A model generated the notes under the pieces. That model made no database searches and had not been told where the DNA came from. It was given only the letters and a program-made list of their open reading frames with translations. Of a stretch of DNA of 64,000 bases, positions 1 to 14,700 are shown in pieces. Within the stretch, counting starts at the first letter, position 1. Each line of letters opens with the position of its first letter. The stretch spans positions 124,001 through 188,000 of the forward strand of contig NW_026865541.1 of the NCBI RefSeq assembly GCF_026571515.1, read 5' to 3'. This DNA comes from Ruditapes philippinarum (Eukaryota). The position numbers were made by a program, and so were the translations under genes.

Positions 1-363
1 TACTATAGTCGATAATGTTAGGATTGTCATGGGAATAAAATGAGTATTTAAACAAGCAAAATCATGTCAGAACAAAAGTATATATTAGTCAGTAATAATT
101 GTTATATCTTAAACTAAATTAGAAATGTGTCCATAGGACACAGATGCCCCCACAATCCACTGTTGTTTTCTTTTCTTCCAGTTAACAAACAGGCAAAGGA
201 ATTAGTGGGGGCATACAAATTAGTTACCGGTAAACATCATTTTTCATATCCTATTTAAAAATCTTAAAAAATCCTCTTAATCTATTTAAAGATACAACAG
301 GCATTATACATACAATGTATCTTAAATTTATAACATATGTTGCTTATTATTACAAGGTATATC

Positions 364-1378
364 AACAAGAGCTGTCACAGGAGACAGCCAAGCTCGACTA
401 ATAAAATACTGGACTCAGTATGGAGAACAAAACTATGATAGAAAAATCAATTATGTATTATTATGTATTAAGTTATAGTAAAAAAATAACATTTGTTAAC
501 ATAAATTCCAAGATCAAGGGAAATAATTCTAGAAATAGTCACGCTAGAGTTATGAACCTTGTCACACAACATGTGTGTTATGATAAGAAATATATATTTG
601 AAGTTTGAAGTAGATACCTTAAAAAGTAAAGAAGTTATAATATTTCTTAAAGAAAATCTTAAGTTCAAAGAGAGATAAATCTGTGAAAATTGCTTCAAGA
701 GTTATGAACATTGTCACATAAAATGAAATTGATGATAAGGAATAAGTATTTGAAGTTTGAAGTAGATACCTTTAAAACTAAAAAAGTTATAGTAAAAAAT
801 AATATTTTTCTAGTAAAAAAATCTAAGTTTATGGGGAGATAATTCTTGCAATATTGGTGCTAGAGTTATGAACCTTGCCACATAAGATATGGATGATGAT
901 AAGGTACATATATTTTAAGTATGAAGTTGATCCCTTTAGAAATAAATAAGTTACAGTAAAAAATAATATTTTTTTAAGGAAAATTCTAAGTTTAAAGGGA
1001 GATAAATCTTAAAAATATTGGTGCTAGAGTTATGAACCTTGTCACATAAGATGGGGATGATGATAAGGTACATTTATTTGAAGTATGAGGGTGATCCCTT
1101 AAGAAATAAAGAAGTTACAGTAAAAAATAGTATTTTTTAAGGAAAATTCTAAGTTCAAGGGGAGATAAATCTGAAAATATTGGTGCTAGAGTTATGAACC
1201 TTGTCACATAAGATGTGGTTGATGATAAGGAACATATATTTGAAGTTTGAAGTTGATACCTTAAGAAATGACAAAGTTATAGTGAAAAATATTTTACTGC
1301 ACCAACACTTTAATCTGAAATCTGGACGCCGGGGCGAGTAGAACAGCTCTCCATATACTTCGTATAGTTGAGCTAAAA
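364..1378 (+). mobile_element. Helentron-associated non-autonomous element (HINE-like) with ~160-bp internal tandem repeats
   Basis: Starts AACAAGAG; subterminal inverted pair AGCTCGACTA / TAGTTGAGCT; 3' hairpin TATACTTCGTATA; five copies of the GAGTTATGAAC(C/A)TTG unit. Confidence 0.7.
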
Positions 1379-4300
1379 ATTCAAATTTCTGGTGAGCAAA
1401 TATTTCTGAATAAGTTTGGCCATAAATTACTGTAACGCCAACATTAGTTTAACTGATATTTGACAATCTAGGTAATAGACAAATATGACAAAACAAGAAC
1501 ATAAAACCTGTCTTAAAGTAAAGTAAAAAAAATTAGCATAAAAAAGCATTAAAACTGGACAAGAAAAGATGTCAACCATTCCTATGACAAATGAAGAAGG
1601 GTAATTATAAAACATCACATGCTACAAGCAAAAAAAACCAACAACAACAAAACAATACAGACTGTCAATTACATTTACATGTGCCTCATACTGTGTTTTT
1701 TTTCTAGTTGGATCAATAATTTAATGCTCTCAGGGATACCTATTTTTTTCCAGATTTTTTTTTCAAGCTTTCACTGGGAGAAAACTGTACAGAAAACCAG
1801 TATGGAAGGAAAAATGTTTTCTGAATGTATGCCCCTGCATATTGTTTTCTTATCTAGATCAGATCATTATTTGCACATATATCTTCACAATTACATCTAT
1901 TTTTTTACAAATACATTTTGTATTACCTTCATTCTGTCACATTTACAAGAGTTTAACACATAAAATAAGATATACATATTATATATGAATATCCAACATA
2001 TAAAATAACAATGATTGCACTATATAGTAATTAATTACACATGACTAGGAACTAAACATACATTAAAAACACATTAATTACATCATGCATAAGGTATATA
2101 TAATTTACAATTTATTTATTATGCTAGATTAATTGTTTTAATGGTATCTTTACCAATGTTAACAAAGGGGAGATAAATCTACTTAATTTTCAAGATTAAA
2201 GTAAATTACCTTGAAAAAGTTATCTTCCCAAATCATGATACAAGATAAAACATCTATTATCACAAAAAAAAAGCAAAACAAAATGGAGATTTTTTTTTAA
2301 TTCATGTAATAAATTTTGAATAAAAAGTCCCATTTTCAAACAATGTAAGACATTTAATATTCATATAAAATAATAACACTTACATACAGCAATAAACGGT
2401 TAAATTCTTTCATGATATAAAGTTTGTGACAAGAGTATATCTGGGCAGCTTTTTTGGGCTGGGTTTTAAGTCACATAGAAACTATAAAGTTCATATGGTG
2501 ACTTTACATATATAATTGGTTAAGGACAACCTTGTGTTCTCGTATGTGCTCTAAATTACAAGCACAAATTAGGCACCCAAGTAAAGCTACCAACTATCTC
2601 ATATCTGGTAAATGATAATATATCTTTTAATAAGATACACATATCTGTAAACATTGCAATGACTTGCAATTATTGTAATTTTTAATATTTACATCAAATG
2701 AAACTTTTATATCTTTAAAAAAACTTCCGACTACCCGTATTTAAAGAAGGAGATATGGTCTAGCAGGCTGGTTGTCTGCCTCTCATTACATGAATCATGG
2801 GATTGACACTTGCCATGCTCATCTGATTGAATACCAAGTAGTCTAGAAAAACGGCTCTAGAGGGATTCAATTAAGTTTTCTTCACACAAATAAAACAAAA
2901 TTATGTTAAACCTTACAACTTTTAGATATTAAAACTAGTATCAAATGACATAAACTTACTGACATTTGGCTAATTTGCCAGTTCATTACTTAAAACAATT
3001 GCTATATTTAAGCCATTTTCTACACACTAACACAGTATAAGTGATATTGTGACATTCCAGCTTAACTGGTGTAAGAAGAACAAGGTTTCCTTCTGTTCAT
3101 TATTTTAAATATAAACGGGCGCAGGAGTAGAATCATGTTCCATATGCTAGCTGGATAGTCTTCTCATATATAGAAACCAACAATGCTCACATGACTAAAA
3201 AAACAGCTGTGGAGAGGCAAGTGGTTTAATATTGGCAACCTTAACAACTTTGCCATAGATGCCTTTGTGAGGGAACGTTTCAAAATTCAGAGTTCTTTAA
3301 AAAAAATGTTCATGCACACTAAAATAATATTTCTCCTGGGAACTATTTCTCAATGCCAAAAAGAATTATGCCAACAAAGTCTATAAAAGTATAATTTATC
3401 TAACAACATATCAATAATAAAAATCAAAATATAAACTACAACCTGCATTCCTACAATGCATCAAACAATACATTTTAAACCATGTCCAATAATCCAAATG
3501 TTTAAAGCAAACTACTAAACACATTAAACATTCCAAAAATGCAAGAAAACTCCACAGAGATATTAAATAAAATCATTTAACTTTTTAACCTTCTAATTTG
3601 TGTAATGGATCTGTCCAGCTTTGAATTTGGAATATTCCATTCACAGTTTAGGGATGTCAATATTCACATACAAAATGTGAGCTACCAACAGTATAGAGCC
3701 TAGTTAGACCGCAGTGATGTACAGGCTGGCCTTGATCATTGTCACAATGGTAGATCACTTTCTGTTAGTTAAATATAAAATGTTTTAATGCTGAATTAAT
3801 TCATTATTGCACCACACTCTAGATTTTGTTTTATTAGCTTTCTTTCTTAATAAAATAAAATTTTACACACAGACACTGATAAAAATCTTAAACCAATTTC
3901 ATTTCTTAAAATATATTTATTTTCACACTAACACCCATAAATTTGTATAATGGACTTGTCCAGCTTGGAATCAGGACCTTTCTATTGTAAAATCTAAGGG
4001 GGCTTCAAAACAAAAATGACAAATTGGTTTTGTTTGTTTACAGTATAGTCTAGTATTTTGACACCCCTGTAATCAATAATAGGCGGCTCCACTTGTGGGA
4101 CATATCCATATATCCATTATTTAAATTTTGCTGCGTCAGGGTTAACAACCTTTAAATATTATAATAATAATAGCAGATTTTTGGTCGGGCAAAAAAGAAT
4201 ATGTATCATAGAATAATAAATAACAAACAATTACAAAGAATGTTCAGAAAATGATATGATTCATTCATTAATCATGCATAACACAAAAACAAATCAAAAG

Positions 4301-5707
4301 ATATGTAAGTTACTTAGACTGAGTAAGTATTTATCATATGAAAAAGAGAAATAATGAAAAAAACAAGGCATACACATAAAACACACATGCCAAAGTTCTA
4401 CTGGTACAATGTTCTAAATGCAAAACAGGACAGACAATGCTTTGTAAATTGTAAATGCCCCATACACAAACAGTAAATCTGAAACAAAATTATTGCAAAT
4501 TTTCTTTAAATTTTGAATATTTAATCTTGAAGGTCAGTATCATTTACATCGAGGAATATTTCAATAGTTCAAAAATGATGTTGTCATTCAAAGGTATGCT
4601 ATGTTGTGCTATACAACTCTTACTTATAATATGAATATGTTTTAGCCACATTCACACATGCCGACAGACATGCAGTCAAACAGGAGAAAAACAATATGCG
4701 CACAGATCAATTTGAACCCTTATCACCATCAAGCAGAGAATACAAAAACATAATTACATGGAACATAAAGCTTGTCAATTATATCTGAAAACAAAAATAC
4801 AAGAAATACAATTCACAAAAATTCTCAAAAACTAAAAGTAAAAAAAAAATTATCTACTACTTTGCTCTTACTTATGGCAACTAAAATCACAGGAAATAAA
4901 ACTAGATCTTCTTCAGAGATCTTCACATCTTCTATTCATTGACACAAAAATATTTCTCTTATACCCTTACCATGTAAAGAAACAAACAACAAAACAAATC
5001 AAAACAATTTACACATCAATTCTATTGCTACTAAAAGCAAAGTGTATGATACAATCTTTTCTGATTTTAGGAACATCATCAGTGATTAGTTACAATATTC
5101 TTAACAACCAATCTTTTGCACAGATTTTTTTTACATTGAAAAAACAAAATTAAAGTCTAAGAAATAGTATGGCTCAACTTGTTGACTGAGTAACCTCCCC
5201 TGATCTAAATATGTAATGAGAAAAAATGAGAACATAACTGACAACTAGAATGTGAACTGGTTCCTTTTTAAATGTTAAATGGTTCCAGGCTTTGATTTTG
5301 TTATTAAAGAGGTAAAATTAGAAAAGTCTACATCCCCGTCAGGGGTTTGACATTAACAGAAATTAGATAGATAGAAATAGACACTCAAATAGTCTAAGTG
5401 GCATAATACACGAGTATCTTTAATAATGTAACAAATTTTAATGTAATTCTCTATTTACTAAATGTACTAATAGTATGGTAAGCAAAACTACAATTTTAAA
5501 CTTTTTCTTTCGGTCAAATGCCCTTGACCTTCATATATTTCATTATTTCATGATGAACAAATTATAAAATTTCAATATGAAACATTCATTATCTTTCATC
5601 TTTTAGTAACATTATTATAAAAATATATACTATCTTTAACAGAAAATCTGATCATGAAATAAAAATCATTTTTATCACCTATGCCTCAATAATATGTAAA
5701 AATTAAA

Positions 5708-8700
5708 TCAACAAAATACAGAACATGGTCTGTATTTTCTCCTCACTATAAAATGATAATATAAAACTAAGATCATAAGCGTACATAAAACATAGAACGT
5801 TACACACATACTCATGTCTAAATTACTAAATCCCCACCCAGATATAACTAATTTATTCTCATCAGTCATCCTTAAACGATCTTTTCTCGACAGATGTCCA
5901 AAGTGCAGATCTAAATTTTTATCTATCACAGCTATTTTTGATAACTTTTCTACCTTTTTCTGCTGTCTCTTCTCTAACTTCTGATTTCGTAACGACCTGA
6001 TTTTTTCCAGGTCATTTTTCCTTTGTTGTAATTCCCACCAATCAAGTTTCTTGTTCTCATTTGCTGCGGTGGTCTTTTCTGCTGAGTCATTCTTACTGTC
6101 GTCTGCTACAGGCACAATATTAACTCTGCCATAAAATGAAAGTAAGAACTCAAGAACGTTCTTATCATTCCATTTCCCACCATTATGGCACTCCGGGCAT
6201 AATTCTTTGGATGGAAACTGGATCTTTGGATGTTTAGGGTCTTCTGATTGGTCTCCATGGAGTCGGCTGTTAGCCATATTGTGTGCACGCCATAACCACA
6301 AAACTGCGCCCTCTGGCGTTTTGTCAGCAGGAGTAATCTTGTGAGCCATTTTGAGGAAATGCTCAACACAAATTTGACAACCAAAGAAATATTTCATATA
6401 GCCTTGTATTGCATCAAGGACATCAAGAGGTACATCTTTAGGATCTAAAAATATGAAAACATTATAAATATCATAAATACAATCTAAATAAATTACATAG
6501 GGACTTACTAGGTTTAATCTTTCATTTATTTTGCATGCACTTCCAATATATTTATGGACTTTGTGTTTAGTATAAACAATTAAAAGCAATATTAATCATA
6601 TTAATCCCTGGAATTTATCATGATGAACATCTCAAAGAAATTGTCATATTACTAAATTGTCAAAGGCATTTTCCCTGGAAAAAAAGTTATGAACTTGTGT
6701 TTTATAGACATATATCTCCCCATATTGAGATATCCAGAAATGACAAAAACTATACTCACTTGCTTGTTCTTTCTGAAATGCTGCCACAGTTAGAGTATGA
6801 AATAGTGTCCACATGCCACATGGGTATCCCCTAAACCGTGGTTCACTCCCTTTACATCCAACCCACTTAACATGCTCAGGAAGATACTCTTCCATCGTCT
6901 GAAAAACCAAATCAAACAGGTTAAGTAGTTTAAGCCACAATCTGCAATTCTTCCAAATTTTGTCATAGTTATCAAAAAGGTTCAATTATTTTCTCTGAAA
7001 TATGAAATCAAACTGGGTCAGTCAAAATTTCCAACAGGGTAATTCTAACCAGATAAGATATATTAATACATAAATAATTTAAACAAGGCAATAAAATAGC
7101 TGAATGTAAAGAATTCTATTGAAAGATTTAAAACATTTTTCTATAAGTCTTTCCCTGCTAAATTTTGTAAACTAGACAAATTTTTCAAATTTAGAAAACA
7201 CTGAGGATAAGGAAAATATATAATTTATTTATAGACAAATAAATTTGTTATCTCCAACAAACTGATATAAATCATGTAGCTTCTTGCATTATGTACCTCT
7301 GAGTATTATTATGATATAAAGTCAAGTAAATTGACCAGTGTCAAACAAAAAGGAACCCTTTTGAAATATAATGACATGAAAATATAATTATTCCTTAAAA
7401 ATAGATACGAATGGACATGTATAAATCAAGATTTAACAAAGCATCTCACTTATAGTATCACTATTAAGATCTTATAGTCTTTAACATTACAATTACATAT
7501 AATTGTTGATGTATCATATTGACTTTATAATATACTGTAAACATAAATCATGTATGAACAATAACAAAGGGAAATAATTAGTATGAAAAGAACAATGGGC
7601 AAAAATTCCAAAAATAATTAAAAGAGAATTATGGTTCTTAGGCACTGCACTTCACTGCAATGAGATCTATCCATTTATATAAAGTTTCAAGTTGATATCT
7701 CAATAACTTTTCAGTTCTGCCCCTAACAAGCATTTCAAAAGGGGCCATCACTCAAAAACTATGAATAAGAGTTATGTTTCTTAGGAACTTCACTTCTCTC
7801 CAATGAGATGTAAACAAATATAAAATTTAGGTTTATACTTTATATAGTTTAAGTGTTATGTTACAGTTAAAATGTGACAAAAGGACGGTTTGAAGGACAT
7901 ACAGCCAGACTGACAAATTCAGACAATGCCAAAATTATATTACTCTGCCTTCAAAAAAGGATAATAAGTTTTGGTCCATGTGACTATAAATGATTATATA
8001 GGGTTAACGCACGTTTTTTCGTGTTATAACGTCTGCAGAGTCCCGAGGAACAGTTGGCGCCTGAGCCTGGTAGGGCGAGGGCTCCAACAGTTCTGAGGGA
8101 CTCTGCAGACTTTATAACACGAAATAAATGTGCGTTGACGCTATTATAGCATAAAATACCAAATGCTCAGAACCAAATGAAATTTTGATTTCAATTGATT
8201 TAACAAAGCTTAACATTGGGGATTTATTAACTCAAAAAAATATTTTTTCATATTCATTTTGTGTTATCTTGTTTGTAAGTAAATCTGTAAATCTGTTTGT
8301 AAGTTAAACTGAATGACAAATATTTGTTTACATTGACAACTGTCCATTTCTTAGAAAGGGCGACAACCAAGATTAGCGGCGATGTCTATATGCCGTATTT
8401 CCGGCATAGTTGCTTGAATGCTGCTTGCCGTTATGCGATTGAGGCCCTCGAAACAATAATTTCAATATAACAATAGCGCATGACTCCTTGGCAAACAGGC
8501 CCAATCGTATTTTGTTTGTTTGTTTACCGGACCTTGTTTCGTATTGCGCATAGGTAAAACCGGGCTATAACAAGAGCGCGTGACTATGTTAACATATGGT
8601 TTTGGTCCCGTTATAACATAGGCAAACGAGGGAAAAATAGCCGACTTTATGCTATAATGATATATATAATATACATCAAAGTGATTAAACTCCATTTTCA

Positions 8701-11700
8701 CTTAATTATTGTCACAAAAGCTGACAATGACAAAGGACAGATGCAAATTTCAACTTAGCTGGAAAAATTCTTCATACCTGTTTCTCATCTAATGATGTTA
8801 TCCACTGGTCTCCAGTAATTTCTGTACTGGTTGTCCTTAACCATGCAGATATCCTAAACAAATAATCAGAAACCTCCTCTCGTCCAGGGAAATACTGTAA
8901 CAAAGGAAAAAGTTATAAATATTGTAACGAAGGCAAAAAGTTAACAATACTGTAACAAAGGGAAAAAGTTCTAAATATTGTAACAAAGCCAAAAAATATT
9001 GAATGTAACAAAGAAACTTTTCAATATTGTGAAACATCGAGGCAAATATACTATAAAGTTCAACTCTCTTATTACAAAATATGTTAAAATTTTGATACAG
9101 GAAAGGGATATAACTCTGTTACATTTTAAGAAAAGTATGTGGTTGTTTTCCTTTAACGTTTGAAAATCTACAACATTTGCAAAAGAAATAGCATTTGAAT
9201 AAATAATTTCATATTTCCTTATGCATATCAAGTTTAGTTTCAGTAGCCTGGAAACAGGAGTCATACCCCTTGGCCAGGCAATTTCGTTAGTTTTATTCTT
9301 AACATTGGTCATCAACATGCCAGGTTGTTCCCTTGACTACTCTATACCTTGACTAAGTATAAAGAGACTTTGTTTGTATCTAACCATAAAAGCAGTTCAT
9401 ATATTTTACAATCATACACAACATACCATAACTGTTCTATAACAGAATATTTGTCAAACAATTCAAAATCACAGATATCATATTCCATTGGAAATATAAC
9501 CATTGAAAATCTGTAATAAAATGACTTAGAGGACCCCTACATACAGATGCCACTTTAAATTTATTACAAACCTTAGATAAAACATTCATAAACTTTTTCA
9601 ATGCAGTAAGTTTGTCTCCATCTAATGCCTGACATATTGCTATCTCCTGTCTAAGGGCGTAATGTAATGTAGATTCCAGGTCCTTCATATAAACTGCAGG
9701 TCTGTAATAATATTGTTGCAGATAAAGTATTACAGAATAAGAGTGATTTGATTCATTTTATTTGGCAGGTCTGAATTGTTACTACAGCAGTTCATTTCTG
9801 TCACAAAACTTTCTGGTATCTATGCTTAAATATTAAAGTGGAACCAATCCAAGTATATGTGGTGAGTGAACAGGTTAAAGTTAAAATAACCTCACATTTT
9901 GCCATAATTGTTTCAATTTCTTACTCAACTTTGCATAAATAATCAATAATCTATTTGACTTATAGAAATTATATTGTTATGTTATATTAAATCTATTTTA
10001 TTTAGAATTTACCTGTTAAGTTTAAGCGATAAAAAGAGGGGGACAGTGTTTACATTCATATTTTTCTCTAAACATTTGAAATCTTCAAATCCTCATTGAT
10101 CAATAAAAATTAAATTTGAATTTATTTAAGATAATCATGTAGCTACATGTAATTCAGCTCAGCTTGACAACAGAATATGAGCATATTTTTTCTAAATACA
10201 ATGTAGTTTGATATTAAATCAACCGCAATCTCCATGAGTTTTTGCAAATTATAAACAAGACAAGTCTGTTGTAGGAAATCTGTTAGTAAAATATCATCAT
10301 CACACTCTATGGTTTATCTTTGCAGACATTCACACTGAATTTTCATTACCATTGATAATAATTATGTTATATAATTCCACCATAAAGCATAAGGCTTTCA
10401 AAATTGATGTTTCAAATTTTACATGAAACTTCATTGTATGATGTGTAAAACAAAACAATCAACATTTTTAAAGACAACTCCTATCATGACATGTTATCCT
10501 ATGGAGCTTTTTGTGCTTATTTAGACAACTTTTTTACATATCTTGTACCCAACTTTTTTTACTCTGTTACCTTATAACTTTACTACTATTATCTGCTGGT
10601 TCCCCTTCTTTCTTGCTGTCATTGAGCTGGTTCCTTGGTCTCTGATTTAAGAACTTTTCCCCGGCCTTAAGTTGAGCAGGTGACAGTAAGTTTTTCAAAG
10701 CAGCCACCATACCATCTCTAGTATTATCATCCCTGTAAAAAAAGTTTATACATGTATTATCATAGTGAAAAACCAAATACAGTAATATCATAGTGAAAAA
10801 CCAAATGCACAGTTCCAAATACAGAGTGTATCATACTCAAAAGCCAAATACAGAGTTTATCTTAGTGAAAAGTCAAATGCAGAGTTCCAAAACATAGAGT
10901 TTATCACATTAAAAAGCCAAATACAGAGTTTATTCTAGGGAATGTTAATGTTCATAATCTATTTGACAAGAATGCTAACATGGCTTTCCATAAAAAGAAT
11001 TCCATTAATAACTGAAACAAATCATGGTTCTTACTTGGCAAGTCTGGTGAAAGTACCATCTCTGTTGATGAGGAACAGTGACGGGAATTTCAAGATACCA
11101 AACTTCAGTACTGATTCTTTTAACATTCTTCTAACAAGTAAAGGTTTATAGCCAATTGTATCCAGAATGACCTGTAGGTGAGAACAAATAAACATGTTAT
11201 AAAGATCAACCCTGCTCTCATAGGGAATAAGTTACATAAATTGTAAGAGAAGGGTGGCATATTTCAACTAAACCAAACATCTTTGGTAAGCACGACACCA
11301 TGGACCATGTTACCTCATCTGACATTAGTACTTGTAAGTTCAAGAAAGTATACTCTGAAAGTAATCAAATTAGCTCAAAATTAAACAAAAGAGTCTTAAT
11401 ATGGAAATGCTATGGCATAAATACATGTATATTAACTCTAGCCATTTGTAGTTTCTGTAGAGAAGATTTTTAGTCCATGTAGAAAGTGACCGAGGACAAT
11501 GTTTAACTTTACACCAGGACAATGATTTATGTAACTTTTGTAGAGGTCGACTGGGCACTTTAGCACAAGAAAAAGACTTTTTATTTTTCTGTTTTCCAGC
11601 TGAGATATTTATATATATTAACGGTTCTTTTTCATTTTATATGCAGCTTCCATATTTTCAAATTTCCAAAATTGTGATATTCTCTTATACTATCAGTGTT

Positions 11701-14700
11701 GGAAGGAGTTCTAAAATGTTGTAAAAAAGTCATGTATGACCTTACGCAAACTTTAATATCAGGAAACAAAGTGATTCCTCGATAGCATTAAAATTTTAAA
11801 AACAGCAAAATATCATGTATATGAAAATTGCAATATTGCAGATACGAGTCTGTACATGTACATGAGCGATAATTAAACTAGAAATGTGTCCATAGAACAC
11901 GGATGCCCCCACACGCCACTGTTCTGTCAATATTATGAGTCTAGGTCAAATATTTTTTGGACTACATGTGCCACAAGTTGAAAACTAAAAATCAACAAAG
12001 GGCCATAATTCTGTTAAATTTGGTCGCAGCAAAAATTCTTTCCTTTACTACCATCTACACATTAAGGTTGTTAATCCCTGGAAGTTTAAGCAAAATCTGC
12101 CATCTGGTTTAAGAGGAGTTGCGTTCACAAAATTTCTACATAGTATATAATGAAAAAATCAACAAAGGGCCATAATTCTGTTAAATTTGGTCGCAGCGAA
12201 AATTCATTCCTTAACTACCATCTAAACCTTAAGGTTGTTCATCCCTGTAAGTTTAAGCAAAATCTGCCACCCGGTTTAAGAGGAGTTGCGTTCACAAAAT
12301 TTCTACATAGTATATAGTGAAAAACTCAACAAAGGGCCATAATTCTGTTAAATTTGGTCGCAGCAAAAATTCCTTCCTTTACTACAATCTACACATTAAG
12401 GTTGTTCATCCCTGGAAGTTTAAGCAAAATCTGCCATCCGGTTTAAGAGGAGTTGCATTCACAAGATTTCGGGACGTACGGACGGATGGACTGACTGACT
12501 GACGGACGGACAGACAAGTGCAACGCTATATGCTCCCACATTGTGGGGGCATAAAAAGTGCAACATCTCTCATGCCCCTTAGCACCAGCTAAAACAACTC
12601 AAACTAAAAAGATGTTAAGTACTACAATATGTACCTGTCTACCAATATAAGAGCCGGGCTCTTCAAATATAAATGCCACAAAATGGTGCTCATCTTTTGT
12701 TTCATTCCAGATATCTTGCATTGACCTGCAATATTGTAAACACTTGATCAAGCTTAATCTATGTAAACATTTAAAAGTAAAATACAATACATTGTTCTAT
12801 CATATATAAATGCATGTATTATAGCTTGCTTGTCTGGGTTTTATGATGATTTCAACATTTTTTTTTTCATACCTCAGCAGTTAGTCCACTAGATAACTAA
12901 CCAGCAATTACCAATTTCTTCCCAAATACTTAGCCTTCATAATTTCTAAATCTCAAATGACCATCAGATTTAATGTGTAAGATAAATAGTCACAGAGTAT
13001 ATGTTAAAATTTTATGTATATATATTAAGCAATAAAAACTGTCTGAAAACAACAGCTATATTATATATACATGTACATGTTACACAAAACCCACCCTGCA
13101 ATAATAACTACGAAAGAAATATAGTCTCATTAAATTAAACTTTTAAAGCTACATGCCTCCAGATGAGCCAAGATATTTTAATAAAATCAAACTTGAGAAA
13201 AATGTTCTAGTATTTATTATATCTAATTAGGAAAAGTAAATAAGATATATTCAATTAATAATCTAAATATTATGTGGGATAATTGACTGATTTTTCTGTA
13301 TTTATAACTATATTTCTACTACGTTACTAATGCAATAAGGGTTATTTTTGCATATTTTGACCGCTTTTCAGTAACGTGGGTTGCAAGTGCCATTGATCAT
13401 GTGTAAATTGCTTCTTTTTGGTCACTTTAAAATATTATACTTTTAGATACATTTCAAAATTTTCATGAAAATTAGCTTGAATCTGGAGGCGTGCTGCTTT
13501 AAGGTTTAATTAATGAAAAAAAAAATATCCAAAAGCACATTCAAACATGCATAACTTGTCACTGTGGGTATGTACCAGTTGGCTAGAATTTTTTTAAAAT
13601 CTTAATATTATTTAAAAATAGCATCACTTTTAAGAGCTTGAACTCAAAACATCTGTACTAGGTTAATCTTAACAAAATTGCTGCAAAAGTGGAAATTCTA
13701 TGACTAAAAGAATTTACAGTGTAAATTAACAAAATATTGAAACCAACAGCTCAGAAGTTTATCTTTCAACCAATGAATTATGAATTAAGGTCATATTTTA
13801 TGCATAGAAATATTCTCTCATACCTTAACACTACAAAAATACTGTTTATTCAAGTCAAGAGAGTTCAAAAATTGAAATAATAACATGCCAAAAGCTTCAA
13901 TAAAAATCAATATAGTACAAATACTTTAATGAAGTTAGTAAACTTTATGTTTACAGAACTAAGCACAAAGTTAGTTCAAAACTTAAATCAATTTTTTAAA
14001 TTACTTTCACTTTAATCAACCGCTTCATGAAACTATCAAACCAAAATCCTTCTGTTGTTGTGTTTTTATTCCTGTTCTTTTTTTCCAGCAGAATTAAAAT
14101 TGACTTACACAATTGGATAAAGTCGTGGCCAGAACTTTGGTGGTTGAAACAGTGTTGAGTTAGAGATGAAGTCCAGAGCTTTGTGTTCTAAGAATTCTTT
14201 ATTTTGGTCATGGAATATACCACCTGTCTCTATTCCCTTGTAACCTGGTGGAAACAACTGAAAAACATGTCAAAATATAACACATCAATAAATATTCTTA
14301 TAGCTAATAGCTGAGCATATTACCAATTGGGGGTATATGTTTTAACAAGAGCACTGCAAAGAAGTGGGGCAATACACTTGGGGATTATACACCCCATGAG
14401 GTATAAAAAAATCATCTTACTGTGCAATCAGAAAGGAGATATGCATTCTCCAATCTCCATATGTATGTGCAAAGAGATTTAATTTCCTTTCAGTTTTAAA
14501 AAATAAAGCAGACCTTGGAATTACTAACAGACAGACAGATGTCCCATTTAATTGGACTAAGGGGTCAGTTTTGTTATTTTCTTTGGCTGTATTGAGAGTC
14601 AAGCCCTATTTTCTTTTGTCCTGTTAACAATAAGATGATCTCCTATTAAATCTACATAACTTGGAAGGACAGACAGATGGACGGATGGATGACTCAAGGC

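Noticed and set aside
2750-2880. tRNA-like or SINE-like fragments (also ~14765-14820 and ~31035-31070)
   Set aside because: Too degenerate to fold as tRNA or to delimit reliably; probably old SINE remnants.
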